From contig JAANOX010000033.1 in NCBI GenBank assembly GCA_020184695.1, positions 310,001-374,000 on the forward strand: a stretch of 64,000 nt of DNA, written 5' to 3'. The DNA is from Histomonas meleagridis 2922-C6/04-290x. Taxonomy: Eukaryota > Protista > Parabasalia. Each line of letters opens with the position of its first letter. Position 1 is the stretch's first letter. Shown here piece by piece: positions 62,316 through 64,000 of this stretch. Both the position numbers and the translations under genes were made by a program. The notes beneath the pieces were generated by a model. It ran no database searches, had not been told where the DNA came from, and saw only the letters and a list, made by a program, of their open reading frames with translations.

Positions 62316-63750
62316 CTGACAATTTCCGTTTGAATGGGAAAGTTAAACGTATTCTCAAGTTAAATTCGTTTTCATTTCATTTTAGAATGGTAAAATTAAT
62401 TGAAATTTGAATGCTTTACTTATATAAATCATTCAATAATTGAATATTGGAATAGAGGTTGGCGCCATATCAGTTAATGGAAAATCTCAGCATCAAATCT
62501 TGCTTTCTAAAGCCAGAAGGAAAGCAATATATAAAAGAACAAGTCACAAAAGCAAGGAACAATGGATGTAAATGGCAAGATATTTTTGATTCTTCGTCAA
62601 TTCCAAAAAGTACAATTCATAGGTGGGCAAACAAGGATATGTCTCTCGAGGCTCAAAAGCAAAGACAAGTACACCCTAGAAACAGGAAGCTGCTAACTGA
62701 TGAGGAGGAAAGAAGCTAGATACAATTGGAGATTGATAAAAGAGCAAATCATGAAGTAGTTTCAATCGAATAGATAAGAGAAGCTATTGTAGAAATTACC
62801 AATGGGAGAGTTCAGAAAGCTTCTGATGGATATATCAGTAATTTTTATAAAAGGCATGGTTGGCCTAACCGAAAAACCCAAGAAAGAAACAAAAAAGAAG
62901 TTCGAAGTACCCTAGAGCAAGAAGTGAAAGATTTTCAAGATGAAGTTTCGAATTTTGTTTCTTCCAATTCCATTCCATCATCCAGGATATTTACCATGGA
63001 TGAGACGGGGTTGTGGAATGGTTCTGTTTCACAACGCACTTACGTTAACCCATTCACAATGGATTCAGGTGTTGTTTCACCTGGAGATCATAGAAGAGAT
63101 ACAGGTGTTGTGGCGTTATCTGTCGATGGAACCATTCATCCTTATTTCATTTTTCATTCTCCTCAAAAAACTAAGAAGGTCAATGGGAGAAGTGTTGTTG
63201 TTAAAAAAAAGTGGCGGGAATAGGCTTTGATCAACTGAACCAATGGTCGGAAGAATTTGTAAACAAATACGGAAACCCTTCTGGAACTGTCTTGATCATG
63301 GATCGCCTAAGAGTTCACATGAATCCAAAAATTAAGAAAAACTTGGAAGGAAAGCATGTTAAGTGCCTTTATCTTCCACCACAAGGTGCAAAGCTTGCTT
63401 CTGTATGTGATAATTCTTTTTTTTCTGTTCTGAAGGCAAGAATATCAAAAATGGACACAACTACAACAGAATAGGAAAAAGAAGCATTTTTTTCACTTTG
63501 CAGAGAGTTTCCGGAAGAAATGGTTAAGAACTTTTATCATCATTGCGGATGGAATTTCGAATAAACGAAAAATCGACATTTTGCAAAATAATTGAAGTAA
63601 ATAGTTTACATACTAATGTAGATTTGTTGATAGTGTTGTGGTTTTAAAATTCTTGAAATGTTGCTTGGCAGATCCAAAATAGTAACTCTCTTGTGCAAAA
63701 GTGACACCGGTGGAAATCTATCGTTTTTTCAACCTTAGATAAATTGTCAG
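62316..63750 (+). mobile_element. pogo-like (IS630/Tc1/mariner superfamily) DNA transposon, decayed; ends tentative
   Basis: Contains the transposase relic. Candidate ends TA|CTGACAATTT (62314-62325) and AAATTGTCAG|TA (63741-63752) give a 10-bp inverted repeat flanked by TA. Confidence 0.55.
62477..63564 (+). pseudogene. DD35D transposase with three in-frame TAG codons and one -1 frameshift
   Basis: HTH IPKSTIHRW, CENP-B-like YISNFYKRHGW, IFTMDETG, LIMDRLRVH, YLPPQGAKLASVCDNSFFSVLK (35 residues between 2nd and 3rd Asp), end VKNFYHHCGWNFE*. Confidence 0.88.
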
Positions 63751-64000
63751 TATTATTTACAACTTTTATCGAATGGGTTTTATATTCTCAGCACAAAAAG
63801 AATTTCAATTGAAATGTATCTTACCAGTTATAATTTCACAATTGTATAAGTATCAGTACTGTCTCAAATGTTTTAGAGTCATTGCTACTCAAAAATATTT
63901 TAACTATTTTCTCGAATGATGAATGTGAATATTCACTTTTTGAATCAAAACACGATAATTATCAATTCAATCAAAAATTATTTTTAAATTCGTTTTTTTT

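Noticed and set aside
1-64000. rRNA, tRNA or snRNA genes
   Set aside because: None recognised by eye; a tRNAscan/Infernal run would be needed to exclude them.

Overview
AT-rich, gene-dense eukaryotic DNA with no recognisable GT-AG introns, almost certainly from a parabasalid protist (Trichomonas/Tritrichomonas/Histomonas group). The lineage call is an inference from BspA-like LRR surface genes, an R2R3-Myb gene, a hydrogenosome-type glycine-cleavage H protein, M3/M5/Inr-like core promoters, and TAA stops that double as the TAAA poly(A) signal. Housekeeping and signalling genes include a giant USP deubiquitinase, GCSH, ZPR1, RPL38, HVA22/REEP, dihydropyrimidine dehydrogenase, PP2A B'', a thioredoxin-fold ER protein, Vps34, MSH4, a DH-PH-Kelch RhoGEF, Myb and a DOCK-like GEF. 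These are interleaved with accessory DNA: a cluster of partly broken BspA-like genes, ankyrin-repeat loci, a Ras relic, a FlK-like thioesterase, a 60-bp minisatellite and a decayed pogo-like DD35D transposon. The most unusual signal is a conserved 77-78-nt AT-rich insert found at the same codon position of four ankyrin repeats at two loci 57 kb apart. It has no usable GT-AG ends, carries stop codons and a small hairpin, and is a candidate non-canonical intron or recoding element. All assignments come from reading motifs by eye; no searches or folding programs were run.
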